A stretch of 64,000 nt of DNA from an uncultured Clostridia bacterium (GTDB taxonomy: Bacteria > Bacillota > Clostridia > Christensenellales > UBA1242): NCBI GenBank assembly GCA_944350085.1, contig CALVNY010000004.1, forward strand, positions 2,724 through 66,723, read 5' to 3'. Both the position numbers and the translations under genes were made by a program. Under the pieces are notes generated by a model that saw only the letters and a list, made by a program, of their open reading frames with translations, searched no databases and was not told the DNA's origin. Positions 35,370-44,882 of this stretch are shown here, one piece after another; position 1 is the first letter of the stretch, and every line of letters begins with the position of its first letter.

Positions 35370-36428
35370 TTGGAAAAAATAAAAATTGGCGTTGTTGGGG
35401 CTGGTGCTGTTGGTTGCACTGTGGCTGCACTACTTGCAAAAGCAGGCTATGATGTTGAACTTGCTAAAATTTATAAATCTCAATTTAATTTAACTAACAA
35501 TGTTGCATTAACTATTAATGGCGAATTTGGAGATCACAATGTTTTAGTTAACACTTGCAAAGGCATTGATAAGTTTAGCAGTTTAAAAGATTTTATATTT
35601 ATTTTTTCACGCGCAAATGATGCCAAAAAAAGCAGTTCCATTGCTTTAAAATACCTAACACCAAATGGGAAAATTGTTACCCTTCAAAATGTCTTTACAT
35701 TAGATGAAGTTTTAGAAGTTGTTCCACGCGACAAACTTTTAGGATTAATAATTGGTTGGTCGCCTACTAAAAATGACTATAACAACATTTCTATTTTGTC
35801 AAATGGAATTAATGTTATTGGTCCATTTTGTCCAAATTTAGATTCTTCTTTAATTTTATTAAAACAAGTTTTAAGTAACATTACTCCAACTTATATTACA
35901 AACAACCTAGTAGGGCTTGCAATAAGTAGATTGATTATTAACAGTGCAATTTCATCACTTGGTTGCATTACAGGAGCAAGGCTTGGAAACTTAATGGAAA
36001 TTAAAAATGTAAAAAAATTGTTTGAAGGATTGTTTAAAGAAGATATGGCAATCGCTAAGGCTCGTGGAATAAAAATAACGCCATACTGCAAAGAGTTTGA
36101 TTACTACGAACTTATGAAACCCGGATTTGCTTCCTTTTTGCAACGCAGAAGAAAGTTGTCGCAGTTAGGACGGCAAAACCCGTATGTTGTTTCTTCAACA
36201 CTTAGAAATATTGAAAACAACAAACAGACCGAAATTGATTATACTATTGGTTATTTTATAAAGCAAGGCAAAAAATTGAATATAAAAACACCACTAAATT
36301 CTAGGCTGTATGAAATGATTAGCGACATTGAAAGTCATGAAATTGGAATTTTCCCAGACAATGCCATGGATTATTATTTGAGAAAACCACATAAATATAT
36401 TAATAAGGAGATTGATTATGTTAATTGA
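35370..36428 (+). CDS. NAD(P)-binding oxidoreductase, 2-dehydropantoate 2-reductase (ApbA/PanE) family
   Basis: KIGVVGAGAVGCTVAALLAKAGYDVEL Rossmann N-terminus. TTG start 9 nt after AAGGAG. The exact substrate is uncertain. Confidence 0.6.
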   Translation: MEKIKIGVVGAGAVGCTVAALLAKAGYDVELAKIYKSQFNLTNNVALTINGEFGDHNVLVNTCKGIDKFSSLKDFIFIFSRANDAKKSSSIALKYLTPNGKIVTLQNVFTLDEVLEVVPRDKLLGLIIGWSPTKNDYNNISILSNGINVIGPFCPNLDSSLILLKQVLSNITPTYITNNLVGLAISRLIINSAISSLGCITGARLGNLMEIKNVKKLFEGLFKEDMAIAKARGIKITPYCKEFDYYELMKPGFASFLQRRRKLSQLGRQNPYVVSSTLRNIENNKQTEIDYTIGYFIKQGKKLNIKTPLNSRLYEMISDIESHEIGIFPDNAMDYYLRKPHKYINKEIDYVN

Positions 36429-36843
36429 TGAAATAAAAAAAGCAAATGTTGAAGCAATGAAAAACAAAGATGCAAATTTAAGGAGTATTTATTCAGTATT
36501 AATAAACAAACACTTGCAAGCAACCATAAATGCTAGAACAAGTGGACAAGAAGTTACTGATGAAGACTTAATAAAAATTATTCAAAAAACAATTAAAGAA
36601 CTTGATGAGGAAGCAGAAAATTATCGCAAAGTTAACCACACAGAAGAAGTTGAAAAAATTGAAAGTCAAAAGAAAGCAATAGAAAAATATCTTCCAAAAA
36701 TGTTAAGTGATGAAGAAATTTATAATATAATTAACACTTTGGAAGACAAATCTGTTCCTTCTGTAATGAGACATTTTAAATCAAATTACAACGCAGTTTG
36801 CGACATGAAAAAAGTTAACGAAATTTTGCGTACAAAATTTTAA
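36418..36843 (+). CDS. GatB/YqeY-domain protein
   Basis: MLIDEIKKANVEAMKNKDANLRSIYSVLINK is typical of YqeY. ATG 36418 lies 7 nt after AAGGAG. The track start is TTG 36412. Confidence 0.75.
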   Translation: MLIDEIKKANVEAMKNKDANLRSIYSVLINKHLQATINARTSGQEVTDEDLIKIIQKTIKELDEEAENYRKVNHTEEVEKIESQKKAIEKYLPKMLSDEEIYNIINTLEDKSVPSVMRHFKSNYNAVCDMKKVNEILRTKF

Positions 36844-36850
36844 TCAAAAT

Positions 36851-36928
36851 AAAAGGTTTAAAAATGGTTGATATTGCACTATATTATTGATACAATAGTT
36901 GCGACCAAACAAAATAAACCTTTTTTTT
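36851..36928 (+). terminator. long composite hairpin plus T-tract after yqeY
   Basis: Outer 10-bp stem AAAAGGTTTA / TAAACCTTTT encloses an inner stem GCACTAT / ATAG(T)TGC, followed by TTTT. Confidence 0.5.
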
Positions 36929-37065
36929 GGTTATTTAATTGGCACTAAAATTTGCTTTGATTTTTTACAAAAGCAAATTAAGTATTTTAAATAAACAACA
37001 AATAAAATATTATATTTGTGTTAAAACAATAAAATTAAGTAAAAATAAACAAACAAGGAAATATT

Positions 37066-38661
37066 ATGATTGAAGTAGTAAATTTAAGATTACAATTTGG
37101 AAGCAGGGTTTTATTTGATGATGTAAATTTAAAATTTACAAAAGGAAATTGTTACGGCATCATTGGAGCAAACGGAGCAGGCAAAAGTACATTTTTAAAA
37201 GTTTTAAGTGGAGAAATTGAACCAAACAAAGGCGAAGTTTTGCGTGGCAAGGATAGAATTAGTGTTTTAAACCAAAACCAAAATGCTTTTGATGAAGAAA
37301 CAGTTTTAAGAACTGTGTTACTTGGGCACAAACATTTGGTTGACATTATGGACGAAAAAGATGCCTTATATGCAAAACCAGATTTTAGCGAAGCCGATGG
37401 AATAAGGGCTGCAAATTTGGAAACTGAATTTATGGACTTAGATGGTTGGAACGCAGAATCACAAGCACAAGATTTGCTTAATGAATTAGGAATTGAAGAA
37501 ATAGACCACTTTAAACTTATGAAAGAACTTGACTCAAAGAAAAAAGTTAAAGTGTTGTTGGCACAAGCCCTTTTTGGAAATCCCGATTGTTTAATTTTGG
37601 ACGAACCAACTAACAACCTTGATGCATTAACAATTAGATGGCTTGAAAATTTTTTGCTTGATTTTGAAAACACTGTAATTATAGTTTCACACAATCGTTA
37701 CTTTTTAAATAAAGTTTGCACACACATTTGTGATGTTGACTATGGAAAAATTAGAATGTATGTTGGAAACTATGATTTCTGGTATGAAACAACACAACTT
37801 ATGGCAAGACAAATAAAAGAACAAAACAAAAAAATGGAAGCAAGAGCAAAAGAACTTCAAGAATTTATTGCAAGGTTTAGTGCCAATGCAAGTAAAAGCA
37901 AACAAGCAACTTCAAGAAAAAAAGAACTAGAAAAATTAACAATTGTTGATATCCCTCCATCAAACAGAAAATATCCTTACATTAACTTTGAAATGGAAAG
38001 AGACATTGGAAACGAAGTTTTGTCTGTTGAACATTTAACAAAAAAACCATATTTTGAAGATGTTACATTTAGGGTTAATAAAGGCGACAAAATTGCATTT
38101 ATTAGCGATAAAAGTGTAAGCCTAAGTGCATTATTTAATTGCATTTGTGGTGTTGAAAAACAAGATAGTGGATATATAAAATGGGGAGCAACAACAAAAT
38201 TTGGATATTTGCCACAAAATTATAACAGTTACTTTGATGGTTGCGACTTAACACTTGTTGGCTGGCTTGCACAATTTAGCAAGGAAACAGAAGAAAGTTA
38301 CTTGCGTGGCTGGCTTGGAAGAATGTTGTTTGCAGGCGAAGAAGGGTTAAAGAAAGCAAAAGTTTTGTCTGGTGGCGAAAAAGTAAGATGTATGCTTGCA
38401 AAAACTATGCTTAATGGTGGAAATGTTTTAGTTATGGATGAGCCAACAAACCATTTGGACTTGGAAAGCATAACAGCATTAAACAAAGGTATGACAAACT
38501 TTAAAGGGTGCATTTTATTTACAACAGGCGACCAAGAAATTATGCAAACCGTTGCTAATAGAATTATTGAAATTAACAACACAAAAGTTTATGATAGACA
38601 AATAACATACGAAGATTATTTGGATAGCAAAATTATGAACGCTAAAAAAGATAAAAAATAA
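37066..38661 (+). CDS. ABC-F family ATPase, YbiT/YkpA-like (translation-associated)
   Basis: Two ABC cassettes (GANGAGKST ... LILDEPTNNLD and LSGGEKVR ... LVMDEPTNHLD), an interdomain linker, no TM domain. The N-terminal half closely resembles YbiT. Confidence 0.85.
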   Translation: MIEVVNLRLQFGSRVLFDDVNLKFTKGNCYGIIGANGAGKSTFLKVLSGEIEPNKGEVLRGKDRISVLNQNQNAFDEETVLRTVLLGHKHLVDIMDEKDALYAKPDFSEADGIRAANLETEFMDLDGWNAESQAQDLLNELGIEEIDHFKLMKELDSKKKVKVLLAQALFGNPDCLILDEPTNNLDALTIRWLENFLLDFENTVIIVSHNRYFLNKVCTHICDVDYGKIRMYVGNYDFWYETTQLMARQIKEQNKKMEARAKELQEFIARFSANASKSKQATSRKKELEKLTIVDIPPSNRKYPYINFEMERDIGNEVLSVEHLTKKPYFEDVTFRVNKGDKIAFISDKSVSLSALFNCICGVEKQDSGYIKWGATTKFGYLPQNYNSYFDGCDLTLVGWLAQFSKETEESYLRGWLGRMLFAGEEGLKKAKVLSGGEKVRCMLAKTMLNGGNVLVMDEPTNHLDLESITALNKGMTNFKGCILFTTGDQEIMQTVANRIIEINNTKVYDRQITYEDYLDSKIMNAKKDKK

Positions 38662-38683
38662 TTGAAATATTAAAAATAAAAAA

Positions 38684-38713
38684 TAAAATCTCAGAAAATT
38701 CTGAGATTTTTTT
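38684..38713. terminator. bidirectional terminator
   Basis: aaaATCTCAGaaaattCTGAGATttttttt. Confidence 0.8.
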
Positions 38714-38811
38714 ATAATTTATTTAATAATACTTTAACCTAAATAACAGTTTAATTAAAATGGTTTTTATTAATCATTTTTATATTAATTAAAACAATAA
38801 ATAAAATCAAA

Positions 38812-40032
38812 CTATTCTTTTTCAGGTGGATTTAAAACAACATCTGTTTGTTTTACAGACCCACTATTAACAATGTCAACAATTGAAATTTGACCTTTTA
38901 ATTGAGAGTCTTCTTCATCTACTGTTTCTGGACTTTTTTGCACTTTTGCAATTTCATCTGTTACATTTTGTTTTAACTTTAAAGGTCTTGATTTTACATA
39001 CTTAAAGAAGCAATCGCCATCTTGTGATTGAAAATAAACACCAACAAATTTTTTGTTTTTGCTGTCAATCAAACTTTGAGCAGCCCTTCTTCTTGCCCCA
39101 CCTATTGGCTTTACACTATTTTTTGCTTTAACTTCAACAAAAACATTGTATGCCCTAATTCTTCCTGCATTGTCAACTACTGTTGCACCATCATAATTTA
39201 GCATTGAAATTATTAAATCACTAATGCCTATTAATTTTGCTTCGCTGTAATTTTTAGTTTGTAAAAACAACTTACTAAGTTCAATTGGTTGTTCAAGCCA
39301 TGTTCCATCTTGAAGTGTGGTGTCGTTTTCAGGTTTATATTCCTTGTCAACCACTAAACATATTGCACCATGCAAGTTTTTAAACACTTTTTTAAAGATG
39401 TTTTCATACAAAATTTTAATTTCTTTTAATTTTCGTTTTGTGGTTTTTAATTTTGAAACACTAACCTCAACGAAATTAGTTATAACATCGTTCCAATTAG
39501 CAATGGTGTCTTCACTAAAACTGAAACTAACATTGGTTATGTGCCCCTTAACACCTTCCAACACAATTAAACTTTTGTTTATAACTTCAAGTGTAAATAA
39601 TGAGCATTTATTGGAAATTGTTTCCTTTAATTCATCTTCAAAAATTAATTCTTTTATGCTTTTTTCCTTTATGGAATTTAATGCTTTTATTAAACCATAT
39701 TCTATTCTATCATCATTTTGATTTATAAAAATACTCCACTCATTTCTACAAAACGCCATAAGTGTTTTTATTCTATGGTTAAATTTAGATGCATCTTCAT
39801 CTTTGTAAAACACAAGTTTATAAACATTTGGAATTGTTTTTGCCACAAAATTTATGTTGTTTGAAAAGATAATTGTTGGCCTAATTTTGCTTCCTTCTTC
39901 TTCATAGTTTAAAAACTTATAAAAATAATCAAGCAGTTTATTTAACATACCATTATCAAATGAAGGGTATTCTTCATCAATAAATGTTCTTATAGATTTT
40001 TTAGCGTCTAAATAAAATATATTTTCAACCAT
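38812..40032 (-). CDS. cytoplasmic protein with a divergent DAC (DisA_N / diadenylate-cyclase-like) domain and an unknown N-terminal domain of about 210 aa
   Basis: HGAICLVVDKEY ... LNYDGATVVDNAGRIRAYNVF ... IGGARRRAAQSLI ... VGVYFQSQDGD parallels GALIVIE ... HDGAVII ... LGTRHRAA ... IVVSEETG of DAC domains. No TM helix. Confidence 0.5.
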   Translation of the reverse strand: MVENIFYLDAKKSIRTFIDEEYPSFDNGMLNKLLDYFYKFLNYEEEGSKIRPTIIFSNNINFVAKTIPNVYKLVFYKDEDASKFNHRIKTLMAFCRNEWSIFINQNDDRIEYGLIKALNSIKEKSIKELIFEDELKETISNKCSLFTLEVINKSLIVLEGVKGHITNVSFSFSEDTIANWNDVITNFVEVSVSKLKTTKRKLKEIKILYENIFKKVFKNLHGAICLVVDKEYKPENDTTLQDGTWLEQPIELSKLFLQTKNYSEAKLIGISDLIISMLNYDGATVVDNAGRIRAYNVFVEVKAKNSVKPIGGARRRAAQSLIDSKNKKFVGVYFQSQDGDCFFKYVKSRPLKLKQNVTDEIAKVQKSPETVDEEDSQLKGQISIVDIVNSGSVKQTDVVLNPPEKE

Positions 40033-40129
40033 TTTTTTCTCCTTTTTATAAGTTTTTAAATTAATCCATCAAAAAAATTTTATTATATATTTTTTAACAA
40101 TTTAATAATTTTTTAAAGTGTCGAGGGGT

Positions 40130-42130
40130 CTACCAAGAACCGCCTCCGCCACCACCAAAGCCACCGCCACTAAATCCTCCACCACTAAATCCCCCTCTCA
40201 TGCCAGAAGTTTTAGAAATATATTGAGAAAAAGATTTATTGGACAATGACGACAAATTATGGCTTAAAATATTACTAAATAAAATATAACTACCCAAATC
40301 ACTTCCAAAATAAGTGTTTTGTGGAATAACATATCCCAAAGATTCAAATCTATCAACAAATTCAGTTGTGATTCCAAAAACATAAGCATAAGGCAACACA
40401 TCATAAAAATATTCTGGGTTGTCTTTTAAAAGAATGTCCATTCTAGATTTTTCACATTTTACTAAGAAATTTTTAAAGCCCAAAACTCTGCCCAAAAATT
40501 TGTTTTGTTCTTTTGTGAAACTTGGCATAAACATTGAAAGCAATATTGACACACTCGTTGTTATTGAAACTATTATACCATAATAACCAAATGTGTAGGA
40601 AACATTTTTAATACCAAATAAAATTATAATTACAAATAAACCCATAAAAATTAAAATTCCAGCCCATAATAATGATTTAAATAAACCATTTTTGCCATAA
40701 CTTTTAAATCTAAACACATACAAAATTGCAAGTATTAGTGTTAGAGAACATATTGAACTAACAAGTATTAAAAGCGTTGAACTATTGCCTACCCTACAAA
40801 ACTCACTTCCAAGTAAATAAAAGCAAATCCCAACAAAAGCCAAACACATTGAAATAATTGAGTAAATAACTCCTATTTTATTATATCTTTGTTTAACAGG
40901 TTTTAATACATCTGCAATCTGCACCGAGTTATAAATTGTTAATGGCAAGTCATTATCGGTTATTTTGTTTGTTTGTTTTGTTTTTACTAGCCCGTTTTTA
41001 TCGATGTATTTAATAACTTCATTTGTTTCATCTAAATGTGATAAATTGATTGTGTTTCCATTTTCAAATAGTTTGTTAAATAAGTCAATTTCATAAGACT
41101 TACATTTTTTTTCATTAATGTTTTTAATTTTTGTTAAAACAATTTCTTGTTGATTATTAACTTCAATTTTTAAATACTTTTTGCTTGCAAAATAAATAAG
41201 CAATGTTGTTATGTCATAGGTTGTTATTTTTCCATTGTAAATTGAAGCAACATCAACAGGATTTAATCCATCTGGTGAATAAAACTCTACTGGACAAACC
41301 AATGGTTCATTTTTTGGTTTGATAAAAAACAAAACAAGGCTAACTATTGCACCCACAACGCAAAACCACATAGCAACTGTTGAAACACCATGTCTTATAT
41401 ATTCTGCATTATTAAAATAATTTTCTGGCAAGGTTAAATTTATAGTTAAAGCATTATGTGGTTTTATTGAAGTTGCACTTCCTATAATAACATTTTGATT
41501 TACAGAAAAATTGCTAAAACTATTGGTTTTTCCATATTCGCCATAAAACATTTTTAAGTTTTCTTTTTCAAAATTGTTTGGCATTGTAATGCTAAAATTA
41601 AAATTTTGGATATTACAATCCCAATCTATTCCAAGCAAGTTAAAATAAAACATATCATAAGTTTTGACATAATCTTTGCCCAAATTAATTGTGTATGACA
41701 ATTCAAACTTTACAGGCTCATTTACAGGCTGAAATGAATGTTCACTTCCAAATCTAATTACAACATTGTTGTTGCTATAAGTTTTAACAGCATTTTGGTT
41801 GCCTTTTAAATCAAAAATTTCAACACTTTGAGTTACTTTTTTTGTTTTGTTGTTTTCATTAATTGTTAAAGTGTTTTCTAGTGGGATGTTTCTATAAATT
41901 CCGTGTTTGCCAATTTTGTTAAAATTTACAATTATTTCTTCTTCAACTTTAACTTTATTTTCGTTGGTTACAACAAGATTTAATGTGTAGTTTTGAATTT
42001 CATAAGATGTGTCAACATTAGTGCTTATTTTGTTATTGCTTGAAAAAATATTTAATAGCGTTAAAACAAACACTATTATTACAATAACAGTAGTAACTAT
42101 TAAGCTTGAAATCTTTCTTAATTTTTTCAT
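40130..42130 (-). CDS. DUF2207-family membrane protein
   Basis: N-terminal signal/anchor, extracytoplasmic beta-rich domain, central TM cluster, and a Gly-rich C-terminus GGFSGGGFSGGGFGGGGGGSW typical of DUF2207. Lies downstream of lemA. Confidence 0.7.
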   Translation of the reverse strand: MKKLRKISSLIVTTVIVIIVFVLTLLNIFSSNNKISTNVDTSYEIQNYTLNLVVTNENKVKVEEEIIVNFNKIGKHGIYRNIPLENTLTINENNKTKKVTQSVEIFDLKGNQNAVKTYSNNNVVIRFGSEHSFQPVNEPVKFELSYTINLGKDYVKTYDMFYFNLLGIDWDCNIQNFNFSITMPNNFEKENLKMFYGEYGKTNSFSNFSVNQNVIIGSATSIKPHNALTINLTLPENYFNNAEYIRHGVSTVAMWFCVVGAIVSLVLFFIKPKNEPLVCPVEFYSPDGLNPVDVASIYNGKITTYDITTLLIYFASKKYLKIEVNNQQEIVLTKIKNINEKKCKSYEIDLFNKLFENGNTINLSHLDETNEVIKYIDKNGLVKTKQTNKITDNDLPLTIYNSVQIADVLKPVKQRYNKIGVIYSIISMCLAFVGICFYLLGSEFCRVGNSSTLLILVSSICSLTLILAILYVFRFKSYGKNGLFKSLLWAGILIFMGLFVIIILFGIKNVSYTFGYYGIIVSITTSVSILLSMFMPSFTKEQNKFLGRVLGFKNFLVKCEKSRMDILLKDNPEYFYDVLPYAYVFGITTEFVDRFESLGYVIPQNTYFGSDLGSYILFSNILSHNLSSLSNKSFSQYISKTSGMRGGFSGGGFSGGGFGGGGGGSW

Positions 42131-42185
42131 CTAATCCTTTAAGTTTTATAAAAATAAAAGTTAGCACACGCTAACTTTTATTTAA

Positions 42186-42776
42186 TTAAAACTCCACTTT
42201 AACATTTTCTTTTTCAATAGCATTTGAAACTTCAAACATATCTCTTTTGCTAAATTTAAACCATTTAGCAATCAAGTTTGAAGGGAACATTTCAATTTTT
42301 ATATTAAGCATATTAACAACAGAGTTATAATATTTCCTAGCGTTTGCAATATCTTGTTCAACTGATTGAAGTTGTTCTTGCAAGGACATAAAGTTTGCGT
42401 TTGCCTTTAGTTCTGGATAATTTTCACTTAATGCAAATAAGTTTTTTAGTGTTGATGTAAGTGCATTTTCTTGTTTAACTTTGTCTTTAACATTGCTTGC
42501 GTCCATTGCACTATTTCTAGCAAGAATAACTGCATCTAATGTTTCCTTTTCGTGCTTTGCATATCCTTTAACAGTGTTAACCAAATTTGGAATTAAGTCA
42601 TAACGCTTTTTAAGATAAACATCCATTGTTGAATATCCTTCCTCTGCGTTATTTTTTAATTTAACCAAACTATTGTATGTTACAAGAATCCACAACCCAA
42701 CAAGAATTACAATTCCACCAACAACACCCAATGAAATCCAAAGTGCTGTTAAATTTGCATTTAATAAACTTACCAT
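42186..42776 (-). CDS. LemA family protein
   Basis: Single N-terminal TM, then YNSLVKLKNNAEEGYSTMDVYLKRYDLIPNLV and ENYPELKANANF. Confidence 0.85.
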   Translation of the reverse strand: MVSLLNANLTALWISLGVVGGIVILVGLWILVTYNSLVKLKNNAEEGYSTMDVYLKKRYDLIPNLVNTVKGYAKHEKETLDAVILARNSAMDASNVKDKVKQENALTSTLKNLFALSENYPELKANANFMSLQEQLQSVEQDIANARKYYNSVVNMLNIKIEMFPSNLIAKWFKFSKRDMFEVSNAIEKENVKVEF

Positions 42777-43071
42777 TTTAATCTCCTAAAAAATACAATA
42801 TTACATAATTTTTTTATTTTTTTAACAACAATTTTACGAATATATTAATATAATATATTATTTCTAATAATAGTATAACAACATTTGTTAAATTATAAAA
42901 ACATTTTAAACAAAATATTTTATAAAAAATTATCAATTTTCCCATTGTTTATGTCAAAAAGCTATTACTTTTTGTATTTTTAAACATAAATATAAACATA
43001 AATTGAAACTATAACATTGTTACAACTATTAAAATTTGTTAAATGTTTTAATAAAATTTTAAAAATCTAAC

Positions 43072-43100
43072 TAAAAAAGAACTTAACAAATTTAAGTTCT
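43072..43100 (-). terminator. serS terminator
   Basis: AGAACTTAA caaat TTAAGTTCT with a flanking A/T run. Confidence 0.7.
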
Positions 43101-43122
43101 TTCTTTGTGTTTATTCGATTTG

Positions 43123-44412
43123 TTATTTCTTTTTAGGAACAATTTTGTCTAGCCCACCCATATACATTCTAAGTGGTTCTGGAATTATTACACTTCCATC
43201 TTCTTGCAAGTTGTTTTCAAGCAAAGCAATAAGTGCTCTAGTGCTTGCAAGAACAGTGTTATTTAAAGTGTGCGCATAGTAATTTCCTTTTTCGCCTTTT
43301 ATTCTAATTCCTAGCCTTCTTGCTTGTGCATCCCCTAATGTTGAGCAAGAACAAACTTCAAAATATTTTTGTTGTCTTGGGCTCCATGCCTCAATATCAC
43401 AACTTTTAACTTTTAAATCTGCCAAATCGCCAGTGCAACATTCAAGTGTTCTAACAGGTATGTTTAAGCTTCTAAATAGTTCAACAGAAAAATTCCACAT
43501 TTTGTTGTACCATTGCATACTATCTTCTGGTTTACAAATAACAATCATTTCTTGTTTTTCAAATTGATGCACACGATAAATTCCTCTTTCTTCAATTCCG
43601 TGTGCTCCAACTTCTTTTCTAAAACATGGGCTATAAGATGTCATGGTAATTGGCAACTCATTTTCCTTAATAATTTGGTCTTTAAATTTGCCAATCATAC
43701 TATGTTCACTTGTTCCAATTAAATATAAATCTTCCCCTTCAATTTTGTACATCATAGCGTCCATTTCTGCAAAACTCATAACGCCATTTACAACATCTCC
43801 CCTAATCATAAAAGGTGGAATACAGTATGTGAAGCCTTTGTTTATCATAAAATCTCTTGCATAACTTATCATTGCACTAACAAGCCTTGCACCATCGCCA
43901 ATTAAATAATAAAAGCCATTTCCACTGGTTCTGCCAGCACTTTCTTTATCAAGTGCATTAAAACTATTTAAAATGTCTGCATGATATGGTATTTCAAAAT
44001 TTGGAACATTGGCTTCGCCAAATCTTTCAATTTCAACATTTTCAGAATCGTCTTTTCCAACAGGAACAGATGAATCCACAATGTTTGGAATAACCATCAT
44101 AATTTTTTTAATTTCTGCACTTAATTCTTCTTCTTGCTTTTCAAGTTGTGCTGTTCTTTCATTATTTTTTAAAACTTGTGCTTTAATTTCATTGGCTTCT
44201 TCTAATTTTTTTTCTTTCATTAGTTTGCCAATTTCTTGACTTAATGAATTGCGTTTAGCCCTAAGATTGTCGGCTTCTTGTTTTAATTCTCTAAATTTTT
44301 TGTCTAATTCTAAAACTTTGTCCACCAATTCCAACTTTTCGTTTTGAAATTTTTTTCTAATATTTTCCTTAACCAATTCTGGATTAGTTCTAATTAAATT
44401 AATATCTATCAT
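43123..44412 (-). CDS. serS: serine--tRNA ligase
   Basis: N-terminal coiled-coil MIDINLIRTNPELVKENI and a class II core (TSEHSM, FRKE, GxGxGxxR-like region). GGGAGGAG RBS. Confidence 0.9.
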   Translation of the reverse strand: MIDINLIRTNPELVKENIRKKFQNEKLELVDKVLELDKKFRELKQEADNLRAKRNSLSQEIGKLMKEKKLEEANEIKAQVLKNNERTAQLEKQEEELSAEIKKIMMVIPNIVDSSVPVGKDDSENVEIERFGEANVPNFEIPYHADILNSFNALDKESAGRTSGNGFYYLIGDGARLVSAMISYARDFMINKGFTYCIPPFMIRGDVVNGVMSFAEMDAMMYKIEGEDLYLIGTSEHSMIGKFKDQIIKENELPITMTSYSPCFRKEVGAHGIEERGIYRVHQFEKQEMIVICKPEDSMQWYNKMWNFSVELFRSLNIPVRTLECCTGDLADLKVKSCDIEAWSPRQQKYFEVCSCSTLGDAQARRLGIRIKGEKGNYYAHTLNNTVLASTRALIALLENNLQEDGSVIIPEPLRMYMGGLDKIVPKKK

Positions 44413-44539
44413 ATTCTCCTCCCTTTAATATTTTACTTAAAAAATTGTTAATAATTTAAAATCGTAATCCCAATCGGGTTTAACTAATATACTTATAATT
44501 TTTATTTACATTTATAAACATATTACCCTCCAATTAAAA

Positions 44540-44776
44540 ACAAAACACCCCTAAAAAGTATAACACTTTTTAGAGGTGAGAATTTCCCACGGTGCCACTC
44601 TAATTGAGCAAAATTGCCCCACTTTGATTTGCATTTTATAGTCGTTATGCAAAAACCTAACTTTCGCTAGTGCCTTTTGGGGTGGACTTCATAAAAACTT
44701 TCTATTTGTTTTCACCAACCACAAACTCTCTAAAAGAAAATTATTTACTACTCTTCCCAATGCGAACGGCAAACTA
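44540..44776 (-). promoter_or_regulatory. T-box riboswitch leader of serS (Ser specifier)
   Basis: Minus strand features in order: AGAGAG and GGTGAAAA stem I elements; candidate specifier UCC followed by A (GAAG-UCC-A; plus-strand gga at 44684-44686); T-box AUUAGAGUGGCACCGUGGGA, whose UGGC bulge matches a G73 discriminator; then a 14-bp terminator CACCTCTAAAAAGT / ACTTTTTAGGGGTG followed by TTTTGTTTTT. Confidence 0.85.
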
Positions 44777-44782
44777 TATTTA

Positions 44783-44811
44783 ATTGTACTAACATTTCTA
44801 AAATTAGTCAA
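44783..44811 (-). promoter_or_regulatory. sigma-70 promoter of the serS T-box leader
   Basis: Minus strand TTGACT, 17 nt, TACAAT. Confidence 0.6.
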
Positions 44812-44843
44812 TACAAAAACTTAAACTTAGAAATAAATATTAA

Positions 44844-44871
44844 CAAAAAAGTGAAGTTAATACTTCACTTT
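44844..44871 (-). terminator. terminator after the sigma / anti-sigma operon
   Basis: aaaaaaGTGAAGTtaatACTTCACtt. Confidence 0.7.
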
Positions 44872-44882
44872 AAATTTAATTT

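Noticed and set aside
42151-42185. Hairpin AAAAGTTAGC acac GCTAACTTTT between lemA and the DUF2207 gene, considered as a separate regulatory finding.
   Set aside because: LemA-DUF2207 pairs are common. A partial intra-operon terminator is the simplest reading, and nothing else unusual is visible.
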